From assembly GCA_050633305.1 (NCBI GenBank), contig JBOEGF010000040.1, positions 1 through 64,000 of the forward strand: DNA of 64,000 bases, read 5' to 3'. The notes under the pieces were generated by a model. That model was given only the letters and a program-made list of their open reading frames with translations, did no database searches and was not told the DNA's origin. This stretch comes from Nannocystales bacterium (lineage in GTDB: Bacteria; Myxococcota_A; Polyangia; Nannocystales; Nannocystaceae). Numbering within the stretch: the first letter of the stretch is position 1; each line of letters starts with the position of its first letter. The position numbers and the translations under genes were made by a program. Shown piece after piece: positions 61,021 through 64,000 of this stretch.

Positions 61021-61378
61021 GGCCCGCGGGGGCAGCCAAGATCGAACGATGCCGAGCGCACAGGTTCAAACTCCGCTCGTCCCTGCGCGCATCCGACGGG
61101 TTTGCCGTCCGGGAGCAGTTCTGCAACGTGCGGGATCGCGCGACGGTGCTGGCCGTGGCTGGCTGGCTGTCATGTCTGAGCGCCGTACGTCCCGCGCGGC
61201 GCCCTGGAGAGTGACGCTCTCCCCCTCCCGCGCAAGCATTGGCCCTCGTTTCGTATGGCTCTTCGCGGTACGCCGCGGAACAAGTTCCGGGGTCGAACAG
61301 ACGCTCGCAGCGCTCCAAGCCCGTAGACTTCCGCTCGCCGTCGCGACCGGCAAGCCGATTGAGAGTTAAGGGCGACGA

Positions 61379-61936
61379 TCAGAAGTCGAAGTAGATGAAC
61401 GAGGGCGGCAGGCAAAGGTCGTCGTCGTCGTTCGGGACTCCGTTGCGGCCGGCGGAGCAGACCGAGAACGTCTCCCCTTCGACCGCGTACGTGAACCGCC
61501 GACCCCATCCGTCGGTCAGCTCTTCGGCGTCCGCGACTTCGCGGAGTGCGCTGGGGAGTCGACCCCGAGTCTCGCGGTGGGCTTCGACGGCGGCCGCGTG
61601 GGCTTCGAGACGCTCGATCGTGTCGTCGGCCTTAGCCAAGAAGGCCGTCCCGTCGGACCCTAGGCAGGCGCGTGTCAACGTACCGTCGGCATCGTCCGGC
61701 TCGGAGAGTTTCAACCCGCAGCGTGCGAAGTCGTCGGCGACCCGGGGGGGCAGGGCAGCAAACTCGCGCTCGCACTCCATCGGCGGCAGGGCGTCTGCGT
61801 CGATTGTTCGGAGGTGTTGGCATGCTCGTTTCCACAGCTGCGAACCGGACTGCGTCGAGGTGCAGCCCGCCAGACTCACGGCGAGAGCATGGATTGCGAT
61901 GTTCCGTCTGAGCATCGTCTGTGAAGCGTATTCCAT
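61379..61936 (-). CDS. Lipoprotein with GspG-like C-terminal domain
   Basis: SLAGC lipobox; DGWGRRFTY...SAGRNG...DDD resembles the pseudopilin DPWG..Y...S.G.DG...DD motif; no prepilin N-terminus. Confidence 0.7.
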   Translation of the reverse strand: MEYASQTMLRRNIAIHALAVSLAGCTSTQSGSQLWKRACQHLRTIDADALPPMECEREFAALPPRVADDFARCGLKLSEPDDADGTLTRACLGSDGTAFLAKADDTIERLEAHAAAVEAHRETRGRLPSALREVADAEELTDGWGRRFTYAVEGETFSVCSAGRNGVPNDDDDLCLPPSFIYFDF

Positions 61937-61942
61937 GACCGT

Positions 61943-62971
61943 CTAGAACGGGGTGTCGTCGTCCTCGAAGGAGGGCCGTTCTTCGGTCTCGTCGGGAACG
62001 GAGGCCTCTGGCTCATCACTGGCGAAGTCGCGACCCTCGAGTGTCCGCGTGCGCTCGAGGACCGCGTCTTCGGTGGGAGCCCCGTCGACGACGAACGGGA
62101 GCCAGTCGTTCGTGACCCACTTGAAGGGCGCACCGAACTCGGACCGTGCGCCAAGGCTGACGTCCGAATCGCCCGGCCACCCCGCGTACTGGGTCAGATG
62201 CAGGAGCAGCCGCGGTAGCGCCTGCCAATCGCCGGGGTTGTCGTCTTGCCCCTTGTAGTAACGAAGCGCGCCTCCAAGGCAGCAGACCGCATCCGTCGGA
62301 CGATGTGCGGTGCCGTTGACGCCCCATCCCGCCACGGCGAACGCGGCCTCGCGGTGTTCCCCTTCAATGTAGGCACCATTCCAGGTGAACTCCGGCGGAT
62401 AGGTGAAACTGAGCTCGCCCGGCACGAGCTCCGCCGAGCCCACACCGGCCCAGAGTGCGCCGGCCTCGACCGGGCGAAGGCCGTCGACCTGCGGGAAGTA
62501 GCGAAGTGCGACCTGCGGTTCCTCGCGGTGGCAATCCTCGCGGATCCGAGTGCCTTCGAAGAAGCTCAAGATCCCGGTGCGCGGTAGTGGTAGGCCGTGA
62601 ATCATCGGCAGTGCGTCGAGCCGGAGCTGCGCGACGAATGGCAGCCGAATCCCCGGAGCGTCACCGCGCCACAGCGGCCACGCGTCCGGGCCGGGCAGGA
62701 CCGGGTCGCCTCCGATTCGGGAGCCGAGGGGATCAGCGTCCCCCGGAAGAGGCGTGAGCGGAAGCGTTGCGAAGGGCAGGCCGCTCTCGAAGCCGCGCCG
62801 GATGAAGTGCGCTGCAAACCGGTGTTCCCCTGGCAGGAATCGAGCGTCGTCGCGAAGGCGGTCGAGCGTGGCGCGCACGCGAGCGCAGTGCTCCTCCTGC
62901 GCGCGCGCCTTTTCTTGCGCATCGGCGATGTCCACGACGTCGAGGACGAGCACCGCGCTCCTCGGTTGCAA
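61943..62971 (-). CDS. DUF1963 (YwqG-like) protein
   Basis: SRIGG.P.LP...WP, LPFVAQL.L..LP, LP.TG.LSFF. Confidence 0.75.
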   Translation of the reverse strand: MQPRSAVLVLDVVDIADAQEKARAQEEHCARVRATLDRLRDDARFLPGEHRFAAHFIRRGFESGLPFATLPLTPLPGDADPLGSRIGGDPVLPGPDAWPLWRGDAPGIRLPFVAQLRLDALPMIHGLPLPRTGILSFFEGTRIREDCHREEPQVALRYFPQVDGLRPVEAGALWAGVGSAELVPGELSFTYPPEFTWNGAYIEGEHREAAFAVAGWGVNGTAHRPTDAVCCLGGALRYYKGQDDNPGDWQALPRLLLHLTQYAGWPGDSDVSLGARSEFGAPFKWVTNDWLPFVVDGAPTEDAVLERTRTLEGRDFASDEPEASVPDETEERPSFEDDDTPF

Positions 62972-63629
62972 GCATCGACGCCCTCGCTGGGAGGAATGAC
63001 GGGTCCCGCGAATCGGCCTCGCGGATCCACGCGAACTCAGCGTCGGAGTTTCGCGTATCGCGACAACGTCTCACCCCTGCGACAGAAGGTCGCGGCCCGC
63101 AGCGAGCTCAGGCTCCGCGAGAACCTGCTGTTCTTGTGTCTGGGGCGCCTGAAGGCGGTGGGCTCACACTGCTGAGCTACGTCGGCGGTCTCCTGTTGGA
63201 TCGCACTACATTGAAGCGCAACACCGCTCAAGGTCCGGGGCGAGGGCATGGCGCACGTCACGAACTCGACGTTCAGCAAGAACTCGGCCCCCATGCGGTG
63301 AACGGCGACGGCAACGGTGGCGCGGTGTCGGTGACCCACAAAGGCGAGGCGGTTCAAGAGCACGCGACTTTGTGGGGGGATCTGGCCGATATTGCAGGCG
63401 GGACCGCAACGGAGATGACCACGCACCTCACGTTGCACAGCAGTCATGTCGCCAACTCAGGTTCCCAGGACTGCGAGATCAATGGCGCGGGCCTATAGGG
63501 GCACCGGCGTTTTCGGGTTCTCAGCTCGGGGGTTCGACTTGGAAAACCCGTGATCGATTCGTGCTCTGCCTCGTCTACTGCAGCACCGACCCACGATTGG
63601 CCGATTCGCAACGAGAAGCAGAGCCCCAC

Positions 63630-63819
63630 AATGCCCTCTCGACTACCGATACTACTTCTGTGCGCAGGTCTGTGCGTGATCGCCAGCGCCTGCTCATCGG
63701 ACAGTGTCGAGGAAACCGACCCCCGCTCTTGCCCGATGAGCCAGTCCGGCGCGCCCTACAGCCGAAGGGTGGCGTCGAGCGCTAGGGTGATCTCGGTTCC
63801 GCGTCCAACTGCGACGTAG
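63630..63819 (+). pseudogene. Lipoprotein N-terminus, apparently truncated
   Basis: MPSRLPILLLCAGLCVIASACSSDS signal/lipobox, stop after 63 codons. Confidence 0.35.
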
Positions 63820-64000
63820 CTGCTTCCTGACTTGGCGACGGGACGCTGCTCGATGAATTCCGCCTTGATCATTTTGCCGAGACACAGCGACAACCCCCGA
63901 TTGGTCACTGGCTGGAGCAGCGTCCCGAGCCGCGTGAACGTGCAAGGATCCCGGACCAATCGAAGCACCGGCAGCGTCCACGCTCGCCGGGCGGTTCTCC

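Noticed and set aside
1..64000. CRISPR array, tRNA or rRNA
   Set aside because: No regularly spaced repeats with unique spacers and no recognisable structural RNA; the repeats found are coding or transposase-linked.

Overview
GC-rich bacterial DNA whose gene content points to a myxobacterium, most likely Nannocystaceae-like: many Cys-rich lipoproteins with Ser/Thr/Gly linkers, Ser/Thr kinase-TPR proteins, ECF sigma factors and a CglB-like vWA lipoprotein. It is an accessory-type region with no rRNA, tRNA or CRISPR array that I can see. Main contents: (i) a porin/lipase/PHB-depolymerase cluster (4.6-9.0 kb); (ii) two kinase/ECF signalling modules (11.6-23.9 kb); (iii) a mobile, visibly less GC-rich island (23.9-34.7 kb) bounded by a nonsense-inactivated IS91/ISCR-type transposase and a RAYT-like HUH transposase with REP-like repeats, carrying a CHAT protease + alpha/beta-hydrolase operon, an IS3 remnant and an S8 protease; (iv) three tandem Cys-rich lipoprotein paralogues, a vWA lipoprotein and a lipoprotein isoamylase; (v) an ExbB/TolQ gene bracketed by two ISCR 3'-end remnants; (vi) the best candidate for an undescribed system, a tight three-gene operon (51190-53981, minus strand) with two very divergent, apparently Ku-like proteins and an ATP-dependent DNA ligase carrying a C-terminal WGR-like domain and no LigD polymerase/phosphoesterase modules, i.e. 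a possible heterodimeric-Ku end-joining system; (vii) papain-fold proteases including an OTU-like protein, and many short intergenic scraps of unrelated genes. All family assignments come from motifs recognised by eye; no database searches were run.
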